The position numbers and the translations under genes were made by a program. The notes below the pieces were generated by a model that saw nothing but the letters and a program-made list of their open reading frames with translations, ran no database searches and was not told the DNA's origin. This document shows positions 9,801 to 15,953 of a DNA stretch of 20,000 nucleotides, in pieces. Origin of the DNA: an uncultured virus (IMG/VR IMGVR_UViG_3300031823_000005) (Duplodnaviria; Heunggongvirae; Uroviricota; Caudoviricetes); IMG/VR virus record IMGVR_UViG_3300031823_000005. One strand, 5' to 3'. Position 1 is the first letter of the stretch. The number at the start of each line of letters is the position of its first letter.

Positions 9801-10902
9801 GTAATACAGCATAGCTGTACGATGTGGATCCTGCCGGCGCCGGAACTACGAGCCCCGTACCAGTAGGACCAGCAGCAAGTACAGGAGTAACTGTCACCCC
9901 GGTCGTAGATGAAAGTCCGCAAGCCGCACCAGCACCATAAATCGTTACACCATCTCCATTTTGAAAAGTACTTGCGGAAGAAAGAACAACGTTAGTGCCA
10001 GTGACACTAGCGAGGACACCCGGGATCTGAGGAGCAACATTAACGTTAACTGATCTCACGCCATAACTAGTGACGTCCGTATAAGGATTAGGACCAAGAA
10101 AACGTGAATTCGTTCCAACGATGAAATTCGTTCCGTCATCCGACTCCGCGGTAGGCGCAAAAAGACCACCACCACCATTCTTCTGAAGAATGTTTACGTT
10201 TCCAGTTGGAGGAGCTCCACCACTTCCACCGCCGCCAACACCTTGCCAATTCACACCATCGTAAAGAAACTCGATGTTGTTACAATTCCCAGATCCAGTT
10301 TGAAAAATAAATCCAACCGGAAGAACGAAATTCGTTGGAAAAACAAACGTGTGCCCACCAACACTGTCCTGACACAAAGAAACAGCAGTGAAAGCCCCAG
10401 GAGACGGAGACCCACTTATCGTTGAACTGATCACATTGCCAGTCAAAACCATTTTGAAAAAAGTATTCGGAAGAAAAGAAAAATTCGGAGTCGAAGAGAA
10501 GCTTAACGCTGAATAATTGAACGTCGTTGTTACGTTACTCGGCAGATTAGGAAGCGTGACATCGTTTTGAGTGTAGGTTCCACCAGTCGATGAAGTGACC
10601 TGGATAACGTAATTTCCGGCCGTAGCATAAAAAAAGTAGTTCCCATTCACATCAGCAGTGAATGGATTCGCAAGAGGGATCGTCTCAAAAGAATCTCCCC
10701 AAATATTCGCCAAAGGAGTACACGGAAGTCCAACAGCCCCATTCTGGCAAACCCGAATAGAAGCATTCGGAATAGGAGAAAAGAAACCACCAACATTCTG
10801 AAGAGCAACATCGTCTTTTCTTGTTCCGGTCTGAGCAAAACAAGAAGAGACCATCATCAAAAACAAGACAGACAGATACGCAATCCTCTTACGAAGTCCC
10901 AT
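3889..10902 (-). CDS. Giant 2337-aa tail fibre/tailspike-like protein with signal peptide, pectin-lyase-like beta-helix region and internal repeats
   Basis: GGGAG RBS. N-terminus MGLRKRIAYLSVLFLMMVSSCFA|Q. Virion-anchor-like segment 'LANPFTADVNGNYFFYATAGNYVIQV'. Pectate_lyase_3-type motif 'DDGPGLLAAATAVGSDGLVYFPPGGY'. Fibre motif 'DTLTLKILTSPVLNGT'. G/S/T/A-rich, and located downstream of head and adaptor genes. Confidence 0.85.
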   Translation of the reverse strand: MGLRKRIAYLSVLFLMMVSSCFAQTGTRKDDVALQNVGGFFSPIPNASIRVCQNGAVGLPCTPLANIWGDSFETIPLANPFTADVNGNYFFYATAGNYVIQVTSSTGGTYTQNDVTLPNLPSNVTTTFNYSALSFSSTPNFSFLPNTFFKMVLTGNVISSTISGSPSPGAFTAVSLCQDSVGGHTFVFPTNFVLPVGFIFQTGSGNCNNIEFLYDGVNWQGVGGGGSGGAPPTGNVNILQKNGGGGLFAPTAESDDGTNFIVGTNSRFLGPNPYTDVTSYGVRSVNVNVAPQIPGVLASVTGTNVVLSSASTFQNGDGVTIYGAGAACGLSSTTGVTVTPVLAAGPTGTGLVVPAPAGSTSYSYAVLPVDFFGCYPAASAIASTSTGAASLGAHNFTITGFTQSGNVVTATTSSTAALATGARIYISTSTTPDANFFGGWYVITVTGGTTFTYVTGNQVALGAPSVSQGGGTGFYWVGNEVSWSATAGAYRYFGYGRISGSLSPVFTSPVNNPGGGFTITSWEDWGSTMMAGQLFPFWLPSTPPVASFPRPLTTTIVSGAGTVNLVVANPATTPATNQTILFDDGPGLLAAATAVGSDGLVYFPPGGYVVNSFTNIPFGPSFALAGANLYLNETLFGQGLRFYGLNGPQAFDASSFGWVTGGTIESHRANPGVIDGQGFNYQEGIRYLIDGNGGTGLFVDNGGSQGHFKNLNFDDQSPTDYMSTPLQMRGGFWYDLDHIALNSGPGQAGSGFIGSTSTPAAILNVGDITFNNMSVQDRGIYYIGSSAGIQVQVTGINHVQGGITPFLTFAPHIGGGCVGGNVLLTQVEMDTTQMNIFENLDPCADINVVFNGITFGAGIGYGNMTGYPVASVTGTASGQNSGSIVGAYFSNNAVAVNGAGEFIYPIQNNVASTIALSSGGSVPTNAGNIFYYVTVEDVNGNESSVGPASNQVTPTPGTQTITVTPPAAPVGAVGWKPYRCSVLTGGCALANIPVGCSGTAFLPFGANYVDTFAFGCGQSIPTSNRAGSSTLGSGGIGTFALNILGGGFKDVISGTFTANRAQALQDVNDTFVYRNSPDTLTLKILTSPVLNGTISGTGVQGTDTKVLSAGTVSGTGASLCTDALGGATTSGCPASASFYQTVKNNGTSQTQEPAINFIPGTNITITCTDSAGVSTNCTITSSATAATAFSALTPATNNTSGNFIATGNVWDYSGATTVMPVGAGLAPTANGRPGYDSTANKWVFGQNGSTVSFGLSSAACSANQWVSTPATGTATAACTQPAFSNLFGSATSGQLPATIVYNNQANTWSTGAQNMSAAVSFTLPTSALYAPTTSGQEGYDSSNQKWVFGQNGATVSFGLSSSACAANQFVNTPATATTQAACAQPSFTNLAGVASAAQLPTPTASTLGGIESYTAVAHQWINAISTAGVPSSVAIGTNDISPNLYAAGGGTAQAQTVTLSPAATSLVAGLQAYWLPLNANTGAAPTLAVNGLAAKSITKFGNSTPLTAGDLTTNAIAFAIYDGTEWQLQNPQTSTGGGSSITLQTNGTNNITQTSLNFLTSTTNAIGGTITPSNPTGGQEIFELTGRIAPIGGGTGLSSPTAHSLLVAEGSGNMNLVTSPSTNGACVVFFNVTAGAAVDPTCGLQGVPVNAQAGNYSLLYSDRLNYIKESGTSTATLTLPQITGATASNFQFVTQNLNSGNETLTANAADKIDGSATGGSATLLPTFAAFVYSDSSSVPGNWWTLKVPTFASFGSTCANIESWSTTTGFTCVNASGAMFANFSAHQFLGNNTSSSAAPAPSLIGTSDITPNWYAAATGTAQAQVVALTPAVTALTIGTQVNFLPVAANTGSAPTLAVNGLTAKTITKFGSSTALVANDLTTNAIATVIYDGTEWQLENPQTATGGGGGGTPCTGTANALQYNNSGAFGCVVPFTFASNTITAASAGILDLSGATGASAFKVPVQAGATAASDGVVDYDSTAKLTHIRTNAADSIAAATTSTTTTMTQALFATATAGIYNPRAIATGDLPAIPWNSNVNPTGNLSLTMGANTSIFSTTTAEAQMFAWKNTTAATSSTSQGSPIPAICGRAWHGSADVEDCLTIGELPGNGNDAAIVATLGHSGTSAGTFTVNAANFNATTSISTGTAPACTGSGTFLCMAESAAFTNVSATAGVYADSSAHEFFAKTNGASAAGMLIRAQPAPINSTGNTGAISTATLCAASAGACNVAGQYHISWTFIETGTACSVPGTGGVTFLLTWTDSNGTTHSAVSLGMDDASAINAVSQTFHFQTSLAAAWGSGDFNISTNGSVIQYATGYTACGTGTGTYQLQAVVTRAGQ
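5181..6600 (-). repeat. Duplicated ~105-aa fibre domain, copies at ~6291-6600 and ~5181-5496 (offset 1104 nt)
   Basis: IGTNDISPNLYAAGGGTAQAQ...APTLAVNGLAAKSITKFG...YDGTEWQLQNPQT versus IGTSDITPNWYAAATGTAQAQ...APTLAVNGLTAKTITKFG...YDGTEWQLENPQT. Identical 21-mer ctgccactccgtaccgtcgta at 5218 and 6322. Confidence 0.92.
6733..7224 (-). repeat. Duplicated ~60-aa Cys-pair unit, copies at 7045-7224 and 6733-6912 (offset 312 nt)
   Basis: PTANGRPGYDSTANKWVFGQNGSTVSFGLSSAACSANQWVSTPATGTATAACTQPAFSNL versus PTTSGQEGYDSSNQKWVFGQNGATVSFGLSSSACAANQFVNTPATATTQAACAQPSFTNL. Confidence 0.92.
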
Positions 10903-10910
10903 AAATCTCC

Positions 10911-11471
10911 CTACTGTTGCCAGAAAGAAGCCAAATATTTGTCTGGGTTGGTTCCAACAATCCAGTACTGCCCCAAATCTTCTGGGTTCTGTCCATTCGG
11001 ACGGCGAATATACATATCCTGTGGCTGAGTACCAGCGGTCGTGAAGATCAATTTCTTTGCAGCGAAAGCTCCAGCATTCGTCAACAAACTCGATGTTCCA
11101 ACCATAATTGCCGCAGTGTTTCCATCAGCCGGCTGAATATAAATATCGTTGGCCAACGAAGCGAGACGCACAAAAGCTCCGTTCACATGAGCAAACTGCA
11201 TACCCTTAACCTGAACATGGGTACCATCGGGAACTTTCATAACCAAAACGCGCTCTTCAACGGCTGCTCCAGTACTGTCCAACATCAACCAATCACCTTG
11301 AATAAACATCGAACTGTCAGCAACAGGAAGCGTCGTCAACTGATCGCTGATGGCAATCTGTGAAGCAGACGGAGCAGGAGGATTCACCGCGGCCGTCAAC
11401 GTTGTGCCGATCAACGGTTGTGCCGTACCTGTCACCCCTAGCGTGAAATACTTGAATGCCCTGAGAGACAT
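10911..11471 (-). CDS. 186-aa hypothetical virion protein (beta-rich)
   Basis: Start overlaps the upstream stop (TAATG). 'TTLTAAV...TTLPVADSSMFIQGDWLMLD...EERVLV' resembles small beta-barrel modules of phage structural proteins. No signal peptide. Confidence 0.75.
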   Translation of the reverse strand: MSLRAFKYFTLGVTGTAQPLIGTTLTAAVNPPAPSASQIAISDQLTTLPVADSSMFIQGDWLMLDSTGAAVEERVLVMKVPDGTHVQVKGMQFAHVNGAFVRLASLANDIYIQPADGNTAAIMVGTSSLLTNAGAFAAKKLIFTTAGTQPQDMYIRRPNGQNPEDLGQYWIVGTNPDKYLASFWQQ

Positions 11472-11662
11472 TACTTGCCCCCTTTAACCTTCTCGCTTGT
11501 ATATTTGAACTCATTGAACCGACTCGGAGTAGGAGTAGGAACCTCGTGAGGCTTCCCATCCGGCCAGCTAATCGGTTTCGTATTTGTCGGCCCAACATGA
11601 GGAAGACCATGAGGAAATTTAAAATCGTGCGGGACACACTCGGAACTCTTTTTGCGGCTCAT
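11471..11662 (-). CDS. 63-aa hypothetical protein
   Basis: AGGAG RBS, with stop/start overlaps to both neighbours. Confidence 0.65.
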   Translation of the reverse strand: MSRKKSSECVPHDFKFPHGLPHVGPTNTKPISWPDGKPHEVPTPTPSRFNEFKYTSEKVKGGK

Positions 11663-11940
11663 ACTTCTCTCCTTCTTGGTGCATCTCCAAAATTTTTGGA
11701 ATCCTGATTAAACGCCACACTCTGAACACCATGCTCCGCCTCGAGCTTACGAAGATGGCGAAGAGACTGAACCTCAACGTTTCCTGGCTTGCCGGCAATC
11801 CCAAAAGTCACAAACGGGAAAACATTCTTTCTCTGGATCTCAACACGAGGCGCACACTCCAAACAGAGCCACCCAATCCCTTCTACAAATCTCGCTCTCG
11901 TTACTTCTCGATTGCATTTCGGATTCGCACAAATCGTCAT
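11659..11940 (-). CDS. 93-aa putative zinc-ribbon protein
   Basis: Start re-called at ATG 11940 (GGAGG RBS, ATGA overlap with the LAGLIDADG stop). MTICANPKC...WLCLEC provides four Cys ligands. Confidence 0.75.
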   Translation of the reverse strand: MTICANPKCNREVTRARFVEGIGWLCLECAPRVEIQRKNVFPFVTFGIAGKPGNVEVQSLRHLRKLEAEHGVQSVAFNQDSKNFGDAPRRREV

Positions 11941-12332
11941 GCCGCCCTCCGTCCAATAGATCCATACCTCAAACGTCTCGTTTCCCAAGAAAGCTTTGCT
12001 GACATTGAACCCAAAATACTTGGGAAAGCTTTTCTAAAACGAAGAACATCTTGGGCTATGACTTTTTTAACTCGAAGATAAGGAAGCATGAATTCAAGAA
12101 CTTTGTGAGAACTATCATCATCCTTAGCTTGAAGTTGAAGACCATTAAGCTTTCCAGGACAAATAGAAAAATAAGTCCCATGAAGCTCCAAAAAGAATTT
12201 GATCTCCTCGAGAACAGCCCGATCGTTTTGATAAAAGCAAACTCTACCGTATCCCCTCTTTTGTCCAAGAGGCGGATTGACAGTTCCTTCACCATCAAAA
12301 AATCCAGAGACATACCCCCAATCCATCTTCAT
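11937..12332 (-). CDS. Freestanding single-motif LAGLIDADG homing endonuclease-like protein (131 aa)
   Basis: WGYVSGFFDGEGTV LAGLIDADG helix, 'YQND..VLEEIK.FL', 'LPYLRVKK'. Start re-called at 12332 (ATGA overlap, GGAG upstream). Confidence 0.85.
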   Translation of the reverse strand: MKMDWGYVSGFFDGEGTVNPPLGQKRGYGRVCFYQNDRAVLEEIKFFLELHGTYFSICPGKLNGLQLQAKDDDSSHKVLEFMLPYLRVKKVIAQDVLRFRKAFPSILGSMSAKLSWETRRLRYGSIGRRAA

Positions 12333-13306
12333 AATCCACTCCATGAATCAATATCGTGACTCTGTGTCCAATCTGCCCCAAACTGCGTAAACGGATACCT
12401 TGAAAACTCCCAACGAAGATCTTGTGGATACTGGTTGTCATCATTCCTTGCCATCTTGACAACCTCTTCGTGCTGAAGACTTAAAAAACCCTTCGCTGTG
12501 GCCGGATCGTAATACTTCGAATTCTTTCCACGGAAAACCAAAGCAAACGCAATCGCGCCGTACATAATCACGTCAGTTCGCATCCACGACGCTGGAAAAT
12601 CCTGATCGTTAACCATATCCGGAGGCTGCACGCTGGCCAGAAACGGAAACGACTGCTGAAAGGTAGGCGCCGGGTAAAGCTCGAACAGCGGACTCCCATC
12701 TACGGGAGAAGGCGCATAATTTGAAACCAAATACGTCCAACCTGTCGTCGTCCTCCAGGTGTCATAAATATTCAGAACTTCTTGAGGAATGTGAAGCTTC
12801 ATCCGATACCCTTGACGTTGATTCACTACCGCCAAAAGTTTCTTGATATTGTTCCCAAAACTCACGATGTTCTGAAAAATCATGTAGCTTACGGTCGACT
12901 GTGACGGCCCTCCCCAAATCAAATCCAAAGTGATCTGTGTTGGCGATTGAAAACCAGCAATCCTGTAAATCGGTGTCGAGAACCCAACCCGAAAAGAACT
13001 CCCAATCATTGCTGGCGTCCAAGCCGTCCCGGTACCAGTAACAACAGCACTCCCGTTCGTTACCGCTACCGTCCCTGTCGTGTACGCATTCGGAACGTTT
13101 ACCTGTCCTTTCTGAAGAAGCCCATACCAAAGTCTCGAGTCCACCACACGCCTGTAGGCATTGTTAATGAGCTTCTGAGCCATCTGGACAGGCATATCCG
13201 GATTCCACTGAAGCAATTCACCAATCATCTGGCGAAAGTTTGATTGAGTGGTTGCCGGCCGCTGCTGCGTTAGTCCTACGCCTGATCCTGGCGGTGCTAC
13301 TGGCAT
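12329..13306 (-). CDS. Head-tail adaptor / tail tubular-like protein with an inserted beta domain (325 aa)
   Basis: Helical N-terminus 'AQKLINNAYRRV', then 'ELYPAP', 'DFPASW...DVIMYGAIAFAL', typical of podophage adaptors. Insert 'YTTGTVAVTNGSAVVTGTGTAWT'. Located after the capsid genes. Confidence 0.7.
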   Translation of the reverse strand: MPVAPPGSGVGLTQQRPATTQSNFRQMIGELLQWNPDMPVQMAQKLINNAYRRVVDSRLWYGLLQKGQVNVPNAYTTGTVAVTNGSAVVTGTGTAWTPAMIGSSFRVGFSTPIYRIAGFQSPTQITLDLIWGGPSQSTVSYMIFQNIVSFGNNIKKLLAVVNQRQGYRMKLHIPQEVLNIYDTWRTTTGWTYLVSNYAPSPVDGSPLFELYPAPTFQQSFPFLASVQPPDMVNDQDFPASWMRTDVIMYGAIAFALVFRGKNSKYYDPATAKGFLSLQHEEVVKMARNDDNQYPQDLRWEFSRYPFTQFGADWTQSHDIDSWSGL

Positions 13307-13320
13307 CAGTCCCTCTCACG

Positions 13321-13368
13321 AAAAAGGCGGGCGAGTTGTCGAGTTGCCTCGAAAACCGCACCCGCCTT
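13321..13368 (-). terminator. Long GC-rich hairpin with GCAA tetraloop followed by a U-tract (intrinsic terminator)
   Basis: Minus strand GGCGGGTG-cGGTT-t-TCGAG-GCAA-CTCGA-c-AACT-CGCCCGCC-TTTTT. Confidence 0.7.
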
Positions 13369-13430
13369 CCCGTTCTTAGCCAATCCCCAACTGCTTGGGG
13401 AGTCTTTGCGTCTACCTTCCGACGCGAGCC

Positions 13431-13757
13431 CTAGTCGTCATTGCTGATAAAGAGAAGTTGCACAACCACCGCAGAAAGGTTCGTCGCGGCCGCAACTTCA
13501 GCAAGCACTCCAGAAATCACTGGACCGGTCCACAAAAACTGAAGTTTCCCGGTAGCAGGATTCCAGAATGGAACGTAAAGCGCCGAATTGATTCCCATGA
13601 CAATTACGCCACGGATTGATCGGAGCCCCAAGTTCGGAGGTGTGTCACCACCGGCAACGTACGAGTTTGAGCCAGTGTAAGTAACGTGCCTTACACGCCA
13701 TCTACCTAGTACATTGTCCGGATCGGGTGTAGCTGCTGCAAAGGTTCCTGCGGCCAC
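13431..13757 (-). CDS. 108-aa putative head decoration/minor capsid protein
   Basis: GTG start with GAAGGTGA RBS. 'TYTGSNSYVAGGDT...GKLQFL...LAEVAAATNLSAV' resembles small post-capsid virion proteins. Confidence 0.6.
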   Translation of the reverse strand: MAAGTFAAATPDPDNVLGRWRVRHVTYTGSNSYVAGGDTPPNLGLRSIRGVIVMGINSALYVPFWNPATGKLQFLWTGPVISGVLAEVAAATNLSAVVVQLLFISNDD

Positions 13758-13769
13758 TGTTCACCTTCC

Positions 13770-14162
13770 CTAATTCTGAATAACTTTGTAATACGTGTTG
13801 TAGTTTGGAGTCCCGCCACAACTTGCATCAGATTGAACCTTTATGGCATCTCCCGACAAGGCATGAAACGCATAAAGACCGGACTGATTAATAGTTCCTG
13901 TATGAGAACCTGCGTTGTCAGTCCAATAAACATAATTCTGAACACCCCAACCAGCAATATCCTCCACCGTAAAATCAACAACAAAATCACCATCCGCAGA
14001 AGGAGTGTAAGTTGTTACTAGGGTATTGAAACCACAAGATGATTGGCTTAATGCACTTCCGACAGCTACAACAGTTGGGCCGTACGGCCTAAACGAACAC
14101 TGCGAATAAACACCAACCGCTGTAAAAACAAAAGCTGCCAAAAAAGCAATCAACTTTTTCAT
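13770..14162 (-). CDS. 130-aa exported beta protein with four Cys
   Basis: GGAGG RBS. Signal-peptide-like MKKLIAFLAAFVFTAVGVYS|QC. AT-richer than the flanking capsid genes by eye. Confidence 0.8.
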   Translation of the reverse strand: MKKLIAFLAAFVFTAVGVYSQCSFRPYGPTVVAVGSALSQSSCGFNTLVTTYTPSADGDFVVDFTVEDIAGWGVQNYVYWTDNAGSHTGTINQSGLYAFHALSGDAIKVQSDASCGGTPNYNTYYKVIQN

Positions 14163-14171
14163 CTTTCCTCC

Positions 14172-14218
14172 AAAGAAATTTTAAGCGGGCCTTCCCAATT
14201 GAGACGACCCGCTTAAAA
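14172..14218 (-). terminator. Hairpin with an 11-bp perfect inverted repeat, probable terminator after the cement-like gene
   Basis: TTTTAAGCGGG (14179-14189) pairs with CCCGCTTAAAA (14208-14218), followed by TTTCTTT on the minus strand. Confidence 0.6.
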
Positions 14219-14220
14219 AT

Positions 14221-14820
14221 TTACGTCTCGATATTGATAAAGACATCTGCTGTGCCACCACCAATGGCAGTCATCAGATATCCAATCGGAGCATAGGTTG
14301 TGGTGTAGGTTCCAGCCGCAACTGTTGTAGTTAACTGCTGACCAGCCAAAGGAACAATCAAGCCTCCCGCGCCGGCCGCGCCGCCAACCACCATTGAACC
14401 GATGTTGGCCGCACCAATGAAACCAAGAACCAAAATAAAGCAATAGTTCCCATTGGTGATGTTCGGATTCAGAAGAATTCCAGCGCAACCATTAAGCGTT
14501 GCCGGAGCTTCCGAAGCCAAGGTTGTGACCACCTGGAAAGTGTTGTCCTTCCAGTAGACCGGACCCACTACAGGAGTTGGGTTGATCGTCGTCGCGTTCA
14601 TACGAACGTAACGAACTTTCCACCGACGTCCCGTTCCCGAACCAATCGTGCCGTCCGAGATATACGCAGCCTCACCTACAGGATTGCGGGCGCCGTTCGG
14701 ACTTCCGAACTGGCCCTGCCCAATAGGTAGACCACTTTGAAATGGATCGTTGACCGTCGCAACGTTTCCGGTCGAGATTTGAAGGGTTTGGATATTGCCA
14801 TCAAAGACTTCGTTTGCCAT
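14221..14820 (-). CDS. 199-aa putative capsid cement/decoration protein
   Basis: Immediately downstream of the major capsid gene with a strong GGAGG RBS. 'RRWKVRYVRM...GPVYWKD...GNYCFILVLG' resembles post-capsid cement proteins. Confidence 0.65.
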   Translation of the reverse strand: MANEVFDGNIQTLQISTGNVATVNDPFQSGLPIGQGQFGSPNGARNPVGEAAYISDGTIGSGTGRRWKVRYVRMNATTINPTPVVGPVYWKDNTFQVVTTLASEAPATLNGCAGILLNPNITNGNYCFILVLGFIGAANIGSMVVGGAAGAGGLIVPLAGQQLTTTVAAGTYTTTYAPIGYLMTAIGGGTADVFINIET

Positions 14821-14835
14821 GGTCGGTCTCCTCCC

Positions 14836-15801
14836 TTATCCCGTAATCCCGTTGATCTGTCCGTTCAAACGGGGAGCAACGAACAGAAGGTTTCCGGCAA
14901 ATAGATACTGGCCGGCGACGTCATCCGTGTTCTGAGCTTCCTTCCAACCAGTGAAACCGAACTGGTACTTCGGAAGAGTCGAAATCCAGAACTGGATGTA
15001 CTTCGTGTTAAGGAACCACATCACTCCGGTTGGAGCGTACTGGTCAACAACGATGGAGGCACCGTTGTAACGAAGCGCCTGGAACCCGATCTTCGCAACG
15101 TCCGAAGACTCTTCCAAGAACCGCTGTTGCGGCTGAATTTTGTTCCAAAGAATGTCCCACACTGGCTGTGTGGTTGGGATCAAATCAACGTGCTCGTTTC
15201 CGAACCACGTTGATCCGTAAGCGGTCTGGACCGCTGCCAAAGACAATGTTCCGATGGCAGCGTTCTTGTAACCGTTAATTCCAACGTTGGCGCCAGAGGC
15301 GATGTCTGTACGGGTGATGCCACCGTACGTCGTGTACGTAGTCCCATCGTCCAGTGCTTCCTGCATTCCATCAAGCTGGATGATTGAACTGTTCACGCCT
15401 GTTCCATCCAGGAACAGGTCGGTTCCCAAAAGCTTTGCCATCTTGCCGGCCGCGTTGACCAACTTCGTCTCCACGTAGCTCATGGCCGCTTCCGGGCCGC
15501 GGTTCAACACGTTGTCCGTGCCGAACAAGGTTGCGTTCACGTAGTAGTACTTGATATTGACTTCAAGCGCCGTGTCCGTCTGGACATAGCTGATGTCAAA
15601 CGTACCGCCACGCGTGAACGCGCCGCCCTTCAATTCCGCATACATGATTGGATGGCGAATCGTTGTACCGCCCTCGAACCGCTCCATGTTGTTCGTCCGA
15701 AGACGAGTCAGGACCGGAGAGGACTTGTAAACGTTATCTACGAGCCTCGGGACGATGAACTTATTCGTCTTCGAGGAGATATCGTCATACGTTAAAGCCA
15801 C
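14836..15801 (-). CDS. Major capsid protein (HK97 fold, 321 aa)
   Basis: GTG start with AGGAGG RBS. 'LVDNVYKSSPVLTRL...GGTTIRHPIMY...LFLDGTG...LDGM...YGGITRT...GFQALRYNGASIVVD...MWFLNTKYI...GNLLFVAPR' is a capsid signature. Follows the scaffold gene. Confidence 0.9.
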   Translation of the reverse strand: MALTYDDISSKTNKFIVPRLVDNVYKSSPVLTRLRTNNMERFEGGTTIRHPIMYAELKGGAFTRGGTFDISYVQTDTALEVNIKYYYVNATLFGTDNVLNRGPEAAMSYVETKLVNAAGKMAKLLGTDLFLDGTGVNSSIIQLDGMQEALDDGTTYTTYGGITRTDIASGANVGINGYKNAAIGTLSLAAVQTAYGSTWFGNEHVDLIPTTQPVWDILWNKIQPQQRFLEESSDVAKIGFQALRYNGASIVVDQYAPTGVMWFLNTKYIQFWISTLPKYQFGFTGWKEAQNTDDVAGQYLFAGNLLFVAPRLNGQINGITG

Positions 15802-15953
15802 AGTCTCCTCCTAGAGAGATAGATTTGAATGTCTACTACTCGCTCGAGAAGGCTGCGTCCCAATTGAGACTTCCAACTCTTTGCGTCTATCCCTGCGGCC
15901 TCGGCTGCGGTTTAACCCTTCCGTGGAACCCGGCAGGTACAACTACAAAATCG
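15802..15953 (-). promoter_or_regulatory. Structured 152-nt leader of the capsid gene
   Basis: Two hairpins with GGAAG...CGCAGCC internal loops (15899-15926 and 15851-15874). Contains TAGACGCAAAGA and GTCTCAATTGGGA, both shared with other intergenic regions. Confidence 0.5.

Noticed and set aside
10834..10902. Lipoprotein (lipobox) reading of the fibre leader at VSSC
   Set aside because: VSSC is a weak lipobox, and CFA|Q fits a signal peptidase I site better. It cannot be fully excluded without SignalP.
15845..15920. Resemblance to the c-di-GMP-I (GEMM) riboswitch (GGTTAAACC...GACGCAAAG...GCAGCC)
   Set aside because: I cannot see the GNRA-capped P2 or the tetraloop receptor, and no expression platform is evident. 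A cmsearch with the Rfam c-di-GMP-I model would settle it.
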